DNA of 64,000 bases, from the NCBI RefSeq assembly GCF_009914755.1, contig NC_060939.1, one strand, 5' to 3'. The position numbers and the translations under genes are program-made. How positions within the stretch are numbered: position 1 is the stretch's first letter; every line of letters begins with the position of its first letter. Positions 52,351 through 64,000 of the stretch are shown here, piece by piece. This DNA is from the human T2T-CHM13v2.0 reference genome, Homo sapiens. Below the pieces are notes generated by a model. That model saw only the letters and a list, made by a program, of their open reading frames with translations, was not told where the DNA came from and did no database searches.

Positions 52351-54802
52351 CTGGAGAATGTGAATGAGAGTGTGGATGTGTGTGGATGTGTTTTGGGTCT
52401 TTCCCTGCACTTCTGGATAGGCCTTGGGTTGTTCCCAATCTCTCCCATAGCTCTCAGAGGCTGTGTATGTTTCTGGCCCACCCCTCTTCTCTGTGAGGGT
52501 CAGGTGTGTGGCCTAAGTGTGGTCTGAGGGTCTAGGCATGGCACTGTGTCCTGGGGTCAGCCTGGCAGGCTGAACCCCAGCAGAGGCCAGGCGATGACCT
52601 CTCCCTGGGCCCCAGGGAACACACAGGCCAGAGATTCAGGTCTCAGGGAAAAGAGTTTGCCTGGACCACAGGCCTGGCCGGGCTTAGGCTTGGGGGTGGG
52701 GGGTGTCTGCACTCCATCCTTCCCCTCACCTACAGGACTTCTCCCTGAGGCCCCTCCTTCCTTGGAGCCTCACAACCTGGCTGACCCTTTGGTCTTGGAC
52801 TGCTCAGGGCCAGGGCTTGTACCTGCTTAATTTGGAAACTCTAGAACCCTGCACAGAGCCTAGTACTGAGTGGATGCTGATGAATAGCTGAAGAATGAGT
52901 GAATGAACAGACACATGAATGCTTCACCTTGGGGTTCTGATGACATCCTGATGAGGCACCCAGGACCTCATGATGGTCCTCACTCCTCTTGCACTTGCTA
53001 ATAATGATTTTGCAAGCAACCTTTGTGGGCACTTGTGACATCCCAGCCACACTGCTGTATCTCTCAGGGACACAGGCCCATGTGGGGATGGCAAGACCCC
53101 GTTTGCTGTCTTTGGTTAGTGAGGATCTGTAACCACTGTTTTTGTCCCAATGTAGACTCACCCCAAATAAGTGGAGCCCTGGGAGTGAGGAATATAAGTG
53201 ATAGAATTTTCTCTGTGCCAACCAATTTCCCATCTTTATCCTGCTTTCCAGCCAGGATGGAGGGACTGGGCAGATTTCTCCAGGGGAAGCAGGTCTTGCT
53301 GCAGCAGTCGGACAGAAAGAGATATTTTGGTGATGGTATCAGAATAGTAAAGACTATAAATGCTGGTGTTTCTTAAGTAAGGGAAGTCAAAGATTTGGGG
53401 GAAACGGGGGCAGAAGAAGGGACTTCCTATTGCTTCTTATTGGGTCCTTGAGGTGCCTGGGCTGAAAAGGCCTTGATCTTTGTCTGCCTTCCTCACCCAC
53501 TGCCAACGTTTCATTATGAAAATTTTAAACATTCACAGACATTATAATTATTTTACAGTAAAAACCCATATCCCACAACCTAGCTTTCACCATTACACTT
53601 TATGGCACTTGCAGAAAACCTTGGCCCTTATGAGGCTCTTATGCACCATTCACCCAAATGGAAGTTTCCCTGCCATGAGCTGACACAGACACCTGAAGAC
53701 AGTGGAAGCCCCCAACCCAGGATGTCCCCATGAGGTCCATGGATGGTGGCAGCAGGGGCTGGGGAGTAATGTTCGGGGTGCCTTGCTTCTGCCTGGGAAA
53801 TGCACAGGTGCTAACATTCTGCTCAGGTCGCATTTGGTTCCACAGGTGTGAGGTTGGGTCTGGGATATGCTTGTGTGTCCCGTTGATCTTCTGGGACTTT
53901 GGAGATGGAGAGCACATGGAAGTCTCAGGGTTGCAATAGCCCAGCTTTGTGGTCCAGTTTGGGTCAAAGAGCCCACTCTCCACCTAGCCCCTACCTGGGC
54001 AGCTCCCCTGACGGGGACAGAGCATATAACTGGGAAAAAAGGGAGACAGATGCTTCAGTTCAGCCTTAGTTTCTGTCTGGGGTTTTTTAAATAAAGGGAG
54101 ACTCTATTTGGGAAACTTGATTTCCTTTTGAGATAAAGAAGTGGCCTTAATAATTGGAGGAGGACTAAGCAGGTGGAGGTTCATATTCCTACATGTTTCA
54201 GATGACAACAAATGACAGGTGTAGGTGGCATTGTGTTATCTGGGAAATGCTATTGTTGGTAATACTTGCTAGCTGTGTAACCTGGGGCCAGTCACTGAGG
54301 TTCTCACCTCAGTTTCTTCATCTACAAAATGGGCATAAGAAGAGTCCCTTCCTTGCATGATTGTTGTGAGAGTCAAGTGAGATAATGCTGGTGCCTGCAA
54401 GCAAGCATCCAATGCATGTTCACTATACTTCTTTTTTTATTAATATTTTTAATAACTTTCTCCTTGGCAAGCTTGGGTGCCTACTTTGAAGCACAGGTGA
54501 TTTCTTGGCTAGTATGGGCTTGGGGTAAAAATATGATGATCTTCTAGGCCCTACTCCATTTTAGAAGTTCAGGACAACTTCAGGGAAATAGACACAAAGT
54601 TGTTGAGGATCTGAATTGCCCATCTCGTGGGTGACTGGTGGCTGCATAGGAGCATGTCAAGGCTCAGGGCAACCCTCCCCAAGGGACACTCAGACCTCTT
54701 ATCCTCTGCTGGTCTCCAGCCCCGGGAGAGCAGCTGCACCCTCAGGCTGGGCTGCCGATGCTCATGCTGTGTCCCCAAGGAGCAAATATGCAAGGGAGAT
54801 GA

Positions 54803-55360
<558 letters not shown>

Positions 55361-55851
55361 CTCTGCAGCTGTCTCCTTCTTTCTTTGTGTCTCTGTTCCT
55401 GCCTTTCTCCTCTGTGTCCCCTTCCCAGGTCTTCCCTCCCCACTCTTCCCAGCTTCTTTCCACATGGCAGGTGAAGTCAGCTGGTCAGGGTGGTACCAGC
55501 TGCAAAGTGGCACCCCATATTAGGGCCCCCTAGTTTTCCCTTTCTTGGCTCCCTCCTCTTCTCCAGGCTGTGACTGAGTGTACCAGGGCCAGGGGCTCCC
55601 ATCTCCTTCCCACTGTCCTAGAAATCTGAACACATATCTTCTGGCCCTAAGACTTGCTCTCCTGTCCCTATGATCTTTTCTGGCTGGTTTGGGTGTGTTT
55701 TGGGAGAGGCTTTCTGGATTCTGGAGTAGTACCATCTGCTATTGGGAAATGAGCTTAGGGAGGAAGGAGGAGTCACAGGCCTGCTTTGGTTCAAGGCCCA
55801 AGCTCCAAAGCCTCAGTCAGGCCAGCTCAGCTCCCTGGAGCTCTGAGATAG

Positions 55852-56279
<428 letters not shown>

Positions 56280-57514
56280 AATAAATAATCTTAATATCAA
56301 TTTCTTCCATGGAAAAACAATGACCCTGCATAGCACCAGAGCTCTTGAGACAGTCTCATAACCTCAGCTGGTATCGGTTCAGAGCTCTGGCTGACCTGAG
56401 TCACCTTTGAAAGCTGAACTCCCACCTGAGCTTCCTCAGAGTTACAAGGTTGGGCAGAGGCCAGAGACAGATCCCTCCAAAGCTGCAGAGTAAAAACCAG
56501 ACTCACACTGGGGGCAACACTGGAGCTGCTGTGATGAGGCCAGGATCACAACTTGGACATCCCCAGAATGATGCTGAGACCAACCAGAGCTACCCAGAGC
56601 TTCTCAGACTCACAACACACGAGCCTCAGTGTGACCACAGGATAGGACCCGAATCACACCTGCCACAACAATGGGACCACATAGGCTTGCCTGGATCCCG
56701 GTTGGATTCCTCTGCGGAACAGCAGCATTGTTCTGGAGTCAGTCCCAGGGACATCCTAGAACTCTCCAATGCAACAGAGAGCCTCATGCCCACCTTCCCT
56801 GGGCCCTGGATGAGATCAGGACTCACTATATGTGATCAAGGATATAGGATACATTCAGATACAGGACCCGAGTCCAAGTTTCAATAACAAATCTTCACAG
56901 GCCTACTAGAGTTGCTGGAATAGATCTAGTATCCCCCGCAGTCCTCCACCAGACTGCCCAGATCCCAGAAGGGGAGTCATGATGCCTGATAAGCCCATGG
57001 CTCTTTCTAAGGGCAGCTGGTTCCTGTGGGGAAGCTGGGCTGGGGCTCTTCCCTTAACTGGACTGGAGCCAGGTAGAGCAAGGGCTCCCCAAACTGCCCC
57101 AACAGGGAAGTGAGGCGGGGAGTTTGCCTTAGGAAATAGGAGAAGAGGCAGTTGGTTGGCAGTATCATCCGAAGCTATAAGGAGACCACCTGGAGTCGGG
57201 GTTGTGAGAGACGAGAAGGGCAGGTGAGGAGGAGGTGTGAGGCCAAGCAGAGATAGCAGAGCACCGAGGGTGGCACTGGCAGACACGGGGTGCCGCTGAG
57301 TTGCACTGAGGGTGGGAAGCTAGAGGTGGCGTGTCAGGCTCTGGCTACAGGTGGTTGAGGATGGCATGGGGACAAGACTGGCTGCCCTGGAACACCTGGA
57401 TTCCACCTCTTCTCAGTTACGTGTGCTGGGAATGCTGCCTGTACTGTGGTTCTTGTTCTTCCAAGAATGTCCCACCACCCTTACTGCCATGAGAGTCCTT
57501 AAAGTCACTGGAGC

Positions 57515-57950
57515 TGCAGCAGCACCCAAATCACCTTGGAATTTGTTAGGACTGTAAGTTCTTGGGCTCCACCCCAGACCTCTGTTTTGAAACAAGCCCC
57601 CCAGGTGATCCTGCTGCACCCTGTGGTATGAGAAGCATTGCTTAAGGCAAGCCACCATTACTTGAGATAAAACTACATGTGGGGCCAGGACTGTCTTCAG
57701 TCTTGCTGGGTGCCACCAGTTTTCTAGGTCCAGGCTCAGATCTACAGCTCTGCTGGGCAGGAGCTGCCCCAGAGGTAAGTAGATGTAAAAATACATTTCT
57801 CCTACTTCAGTATCCCAGTTTTCCACTCCAAATCCCTTGGGGCGCTTGCTAAAAATGTAGATCTCCAGGCACTAGCTGCCTTCTGAATCAGGATCCCTAG
57901 GGGTATGGCTGGAATTTATTTTAAAGAGCACCCTAGGTGATTCCGTACAT
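57515..57950 (+). mobile_element. Two MER5-family MITE fragments (~57515-57640 and ~57810-57950)
   Basis: gggctccaccccagacc...aacaagccccccaggtgatcct and cttgctaaaaatgtagat...ctgaatcagga...taggtgattc. Confidence 0.65.
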
Positions 57951-58779
57951 GCTCATGCTTCAAGGGGAACTGATAAGCCCATGGCTCCTTCTAAGGGCAA
58001 GTGGCCCCTGTGGGGAAATTGGGCTGAGGCTCTTCCCTGAACTGGACTGGAGCCAGTTTAGGGTGAGGATAGGCAGTTGATGTGAGGGTCAATGATGGGA
58101 AGTCTTATAGTCCAGAGATACATCCGAACCTGGCTTAGCCCAGTATTGCAAGGACAGCCTCAGCACTACCAGAGCACTCACCAGGTTGTGAGGGCAGGGC
58201 CAGTACCCTATGTGGAGCTTCACCTGGGCGGGAGGCCCAGGTCCACTACCACACCTGGAAGGTGCCATGGGCTGTGTAGAAAGACCCTTATCGTGAGCCT
58301 CACTAGCCTGCATGGGCCAACTCAGAGCCACACCCAGGCCCCATAATGCATCCAGGGATTCACAGAACCATCGCTGGGGTCCAACTGCAGTTGTATGAAC
58401 AGACCACAGCCTCATTCAGGGACTCCCCAGAAATGCAACAGAGGAAGAAACCACCAATGGGCCGCACCCGATTTTGCTACAGAAGAGGCAAGACTTGGTG
58501 AACCACTTCTAAAGCCCCTGCAGGGCTGCAGAGATGGGCCCAGAGCTCCACCTGGGGCCTCCACAGAGATCAAGGATGGACCTAGAGCTTTCCTAGACCT
58601 GAAGTAAGAGATGGATAACCTGATTTGAGATTCCACCAGGAGTCCTAAGATCGAGCGAGAAATACTCGCAGAATCAAAATCACTGTAACAGATCCACAAT
58701 GATTCCAAGGCCTTCCCAAGTGCATGGATGGAGCCTGGACCTCCTGAGGCTTGACCTGGGTTGCTGAGTATCCCTAGAC

Positions 58780-58870
58780 CTGCGAGTCTCAACCATGGCT
58801 GGACACTGGAGTTTGACGTAGCATCCCCGGGTGATTCCAATGGGCAGCCAAGGTTGAGAACAACTCACTA
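58780..58870. mobile_element. Short MER5-like hAT MITE with 8 bp TSD
   Basis: Inverted ends tctcaaccatggctg / cagccaaggttgaga; TSD ccctagac / gtctagac. Confidence 0.7.
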
Positions 58871-59343
58871 GTCTAGACTTTTGCCTGGGGCTTCAGTAGG
58901 AAAAGAGGGATTGATCCACAAACTATACCTGCGACCTACCAGGCTCACAGGCAGGGATTCAGAAATCACATCTGGGGTTGTGCCAGGACTAGACTCACAT
59001 GTGGGCCCTTGTCTTTGCTGGAGGAAATGTTCTGGAACCACACCTGTGGCCTCAGTTGACCTGGCAGTGCCTGAGCTCCAGTGCATACCTGGCCCCAGTA
59101 TGCCCTTCCTGTCCAGTATGTCCTTCCTGGCCCCAGTATGCCTCTCCTGTCCAACCGGGCTGCAAAATGGCCCCTGCTACCCCAGGTCAGTCTGGAGCTG
59201 GATCTACTTCCCCTCTGGAAGCTGGGGCTGGGGGCTTGAAGCCCCACCTACTTAGACTCTCTTTTGCCTCCTGCCTCTCCCAACTGACCAGCAGCCCCTA
59301 CAGCCTCTCCACTGAACACAGAACATTGGACAACCACTGACAG

Positions 59344-59458
59344 TGGGGTGACCAACTGTCCTGGGTTTGCCTGAGACTAATGAGTTTCCTGGGGGTGTGG
59401 CACTTTCAGTACTAAAGCCAAGACAGTCCTGAGCAAACTGGGATGTTTGGTTCCCCTA
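59344..59458 (+). mobile_element. MER81 hAT-Blackjack MITE
   Basis: ggggtgaccaactgtcctgggtttgcc...actttcagtactaaa...gcaaactggga...ggttccccta, about 115 bp and palindromic. Confidence 0.75.
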
Positions 59459-62400
59459 CAGACAGAGGAGCAGGTGGAACCCTCCATAGCTGAGTCTGGG
59501 TCTGGCAGTGAAGCTCAGAGCTGGGCACTCTGGGCAGCCTTGTCATCTCTCTGAGCCCTGGTTCCTTTCTGACAAACAGGCCCAACAACACTTGCCTTGG
59601 TCTATTCTATACACGTGGTATTAGAGTGAAGATTTCCCACACCTTTTACTCTCCAAGTCATTTCTCGTTCATTAATTCAACCAGTATTTAGCCCCCACTA
59701 GAAGCCAGACATAGTTCACTTTGCAGCCATCAATGACAACATGCATGTCAGCTGTATATGTGCTTTTGGAAAGGTATGGTGGTTCTTCCAAATGGGCAAG
59801 CTGCTGGGGGCTCCCAGATAGCGCCCCATCCTGTGCCATCAAGGCCATTCTCAACTCATATCATAATGATGTTCTGATTATCTTTCCAGCTACAGCCCAT
59901 AGTCTCAATCCAGGCTACACATTAGCGATGTCTGGGAACTTAAAGAAGCCCTGTCGCTCAAGTCCCTTCTCAGATCCATTAAAACAGAGTGATGGGTGGG
60001 GAGGGGAGGGGAGGGGAGGTTGCAGGCACTGGTCTTTTTGAAAGCCCCCCAGCTGGTTATAATCACCCAGAGTTTGGAACCCCTGAGGGAGGAGCAACGT
60101 GGTTGTTGTCATACTAGAAACCCAGGACTTCTCCCCTGCTCCTCATGCCCTCTCAGAGGCCCATGGTCCTGGATGCAGCTGACTGGAGCAGCAGTGGACA
60201 TGCACCAGGGTTCACCCATCTGAGGCTCCTGGGAATGTGGCATAGTGGCACAGAGAGACCAGGCTGATGAGCTGCATGTGCTGAGCTCTAAGTGCAAGTA
60301 AGAAGCCAAGAAGGAAGCAGAAGGGTCTCAGAGAAAGTGGCAAGAGGTGGTGATGGAATCAAGTGGTGGGGGCAAGGCTAGGCGGAGGTGTTCAGGCCAT
60401 GGAGACCCAGACGTGTATTTTCTCCCTGGGTTCCATTAACTACCGCTGTGTTTCTTCCAGGATAGTCCTCTCTTGCTCAAGCTGCTTTGAGCAAAAGGCT
60501 CCTGCTCCTTTCAAAGAAATGATTCCTGACCAAGAACTCTCCCTGGAGCCTGGCACCGTGCCTTGGCCAGAGCACAGGGTAGCCCTGGTTGACTGAATGG
60601 GTGACTGAATGCGTTTGTCACCACTGCCCAGGAGCCCAGCTTATTAATTGGCTAATAGCAAAAGCCACAAAGAGGGTGGTATTGAATATACCCCTCAGGC
60701 ATGGGCAATGGAGCTGGCTGGAAGGGGTTGGGGGGACTGGTTTTTCATGAAAGCCATCCGTGCCTCTTCAGGGATAGCTGACAGGGCACAGGGCAGTCCT
60801 TCCATAAGGAGCCTTTTCTGGAACACCCATGGAATCTTGTTTTCATTTTTTGGGAAGATCTATTAATATTCCATAAAACCAGTGTTCCAGGGAGTCCATT
60901 TTGGGGCCCTGGGGTTGTGGGGTCTACCAGGGTTTGGAGTCATCAGACCTGGGTTCAAATTTATTATTTATTATTTGGCCTTGGGGTCTTCAACACACCT
61001 CTTCACTTCTGTGGACAGTTTCCTCTTTCACAAAATGGGGACAATATTACTCACCTCACGGGGTTGTTTAGGACAGCATTGTGGGAGCTCCTCGTTCATG
61101 AAAAGGCTCAAATAGTGTTTTGTAAACCACTGGATTCATTTACAAGGTCAAATGATGGGTCTAATCAACCTAGCAGTGGCACATTACTGGAAAACACACA
61201 TGCATGAGCATTCATATGCCTGCACACATACACACAACGTAGGATCCAGCCACTGTCCTGAGGGCGTGGTGGGGAGGGGCTCATAACCAGAACGGTCACA
61301 GCCATGCAAGATCAGTGGGTTACAGGGAGATGGCGTTTGTGGCATCTTGCACATTATCTTCAATTCCTGCTTCTCTCCTCTTCCCGCTGTGTAACTGGCT
61401 GCCAGTTGTATCCGTTTTTCCTCTCTAGTATTTCTGGAATCTGTGCCTTCCCCCATCCTCACTGCCATGCCTGCTTCAGGGATTCTTCATTACCCACCTG
61501 GACCATCAAACAGTCCCCTCTGATCTCCTTGCCCCCTCCAATTCATCCCGCCTTTTGGGAGTTCAGACCTGCTGCCTGGGCCTCTGCTCATTGCCTCCTC
61601 TGAGAGAAGGGGTGGGTGGGGTGGGCTCGGGGATAGATGCTACCACTCTTGGCTGATCCCACCCCTTACCAGGTCCCACTCTGCCGCTCTGGTTAGGGCC
61701 AGCTCTCCCCAGCTGGGTCCTGGCTCCTCCTCCCCGCCATCATTGACCTTTGGGGCTGAGGGCCCACAGGTGCTGTGCTTCTGCCACATGCTGCGTGATA
61801 TCCCAGTGCAGGGAGTGGCTGTGCTACAGAGAACCTGGTGTGTGTGTGTGTGTGTGTGCATGCATGTGCGTATGTGTGCACTTGCCCTGGCCCAGGGTCC
61901 ATCTTCTCTCCTTCCTTCCATCTATATGGGGACACCCATATAGGCCCCCCCGGCCCCACCCAGATCCTCCAGCTCCCTTTTCCATCTCCTTCCCAGGGGA
62001 AGTCACTGTCCCATGACCCTTGCAGGCCACCCCAAGAGCATCTTCCAACCTCTCTCACAGCTGCTGCAATGCAGTGCATGCTCACCAACGCTGGTTCCTT
62101 CCAGCCCTGGCTGCACGTGCTCATGCCGTGGTGTACAGTGGGGGATTCACTAAGCACATTATTCCCAAGTCAGGGAATACTTCCTGCACTTGTGGGGCCA
62201 GCAGAGGCTAATACTTCCATTGAGCAGGAAGGCAGTCCACGGAGCAGGAAGTATCAGCTTCTCCCATGCCCCACTAGATCCCCCACACCAATCCAGAAAG
62301 AACTCATCCACCCTGACTACTCATACCCCCTACCTCTCCTGATGTGGCTTCATGCAGGGTCAGGACCCCACTTTGTGACCTCCTTCCTAGCTCCAATTGG

Positions 62401-63059
62401 CTTCTTTCTGCCCAACTCTGCCTCTGAGTTCTCAAGTCTGAGTCTTCCTGGGCCGTGGTGGCCGCACCAGAACCTCTGCTTTGTCCCTGTTCTCAGTGCC
62501 TGTCTCAGGTCTCTGTCCAGATTCCCAGTCTTTAAGGCCTAAGACATACGTCACTCTGGGCCCCAAACCAGCCCAGGAAGAGGCCTGCGGCCAGAGACTG
62601 ACCTCCTGGGTGCCATGCTATGTGCTCACTCATCCTCCCTGCCTGGCCTCGCTGGGAGTTGAGAGGAAGTAGGTGGGAGGAGATTCAGGAAGTGACTGCA
62701 ACCTCAGGGCTTAGAAGCCCTTGAAAGCCCCCCTCTTTCAGAATCAGCCTCGAACGAGGCTGTGCTTGACCCAAGGCCTGGGGGCCCATGTCAGTGTAGG
62801 CCTCCAAGCTTCTGTCTGCGGAAGGGTCTCTGTTTTAATGTAAACTACTCCAGGGCCTGGGCGCCATGGCTACAGATGAAACGGGTCCTGGTGGCTGTTA
62901 CACTTGGCTGGTCCTGCACAAACATCTTTCGATCTGTGATGACGCCTCAGCCAGCCTGCCCTCCCCTTTTCAACAGCCCCTTTTCTCATACTTGCTGAAT
63001 GAAGGTACAAACTTCAGTATGGATATATCTGCCCTTCAGCTTCTGTCAAAAACTTGGTT

Positions 63060-63520
63060 GGAAATGGCCCATGTGCAGGGATATTTACTTATTAACTGCG
63101 GCTCCATTTGTAATAGCAAAATACTTTAAATTACCTAAATATCCCTCAAGAAGAGACTGGCCAAAAAAAAAAAAAAAATGATAGCATGTCCACACCATGG
63201 AATACTATAGAGCCACAAAAAAGAATGGTGATCAATGTACTTGCAGAGAATCCTCTCCACAAAATAGTGAGAAAAACATGGTGCAGACTGTGTTACCATT
63301 TATATAATTATACATGCATGCATATAGACAGACAGATGTTTGCATGTACATGTATATATATATAATCCCTCTGGGAGAATGGATAAGAAACTGGTATAAT
63401 GGCCACTAGGGAAGTGAACAGAGTCATTGAAGGAGCATTGTCACTGTATACTTTTTTTGTCTCTTGAATGTTGAGCTATGGACATGCATTACCAATCCTA
63501 AAATTTAAAATAAAAGAAAG
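63060..63520 (+). mobile_element. Old L1M 3' fragment
   Basis: catttgtaatagcaaaa...cctaaatatccctcaa...ccatggaatactatagagccacaaaaaagaatg. Confidence 0.75.
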
Positions 63521-64000
63521 CAATGGCTATTTAAGAGGGTCCAATTGACCTTCCATTCCCCAGGCTTCTCCAAGCTGCACCCTGTGTTATCTGGACACCA
63601 GGACACACCTCCCTGGGACCCCACCATTTAAGCCTCCTGGAATGTGGTCTTCACTGAGCATGCTCAGCCTCCCCTAAGAGCCAGCAGATGCGACTCATGG
63701 GGGCATGCCCTATACTGGCGGTGCCTCTGCCCTCGAGGTCATCATCATTTCCCTGCTGGTCCCCTGTATGTAAGCTCCTGGGACACAGGTACTCTTGCCT
63801 GAGCAACTGGACTTTGTCTTTCCATGAGGCAATGACTGACTATCTCATAACTAGCCTGTTTCCCTCCTTGCTCAGGCTACCAGGAAACTCTAAGATGTAA
63901 TTACTTGCTTCTCCTCACTGGTGCCCACCTGATATTGGCTTTCCTCCTGAAACACCAGCCCTTCCCTCCAACTCCAATTCCTTGCTGCCTGCAGATGTGA

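Larger units (their letters stand above)
56293..59255 (+). pseudogene. Candidate decayed coding-like sequence antisense to RASGRF1 (unidentified)
   Basis: Protein-like, internally repeated translation that continues through scattered stops; see findings. I do not recognise a homologue. Confidence 0.3.

Noticed and set aside
61838-62542. Longest ORF in the track (234 aa)
   Set aside because: It starts in a (TG)n repeat at a non-ATG codon and has no recognisable domain or internal structure; consistent with chance.

Overview
This is primate, very probably human, genomic DNA lying entirely inside RASGRF1 (Ras-GRF1/CDC25Mm, neuronal Ras/Rac GEF), which runs on the minus strand. I traced 11 consecutive GT-AG coding exons by hand (exons 2-12 in the usual numbering). 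They total 1467 nt (489 codons) with consistent splice phases and encode the end of PH1, the coiled coil, the IQ motif, the DH domain and PH2. The promoter and exon 1 lie beyond the right edge, and the REM/CDC25 exons beyond the left edge. The rest is intron with ordinary repeats (Alu, MaLR LTRs, hAT MITEs, old L1/L2/MIR, microsatellites). I found no RNA gene, CRISPR array or CpG island, and most ORFs in the supplied track are spurious. I see no demonstrable new biological system. The best leads are: (1) a roughly 3 kb antisense, coding-like, internally repeated fossil ORF in intron 1; (2) a strong unused 5' splice site just upstream of a very long UG tract after exon 10, resembling TDP-43-repressed cryptic sites; (3) an 80 bp poly(A)-tailed LTR-like fragment with a 19 bp target-site duplication (TSD); (4) a 267 nt AG-exclusion zone before exon 8; and (5) an (AAGGG)n VNTR in intron 2. 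Repeat family names come from memory of consensus sequences and were not checked with RepeatMasker.
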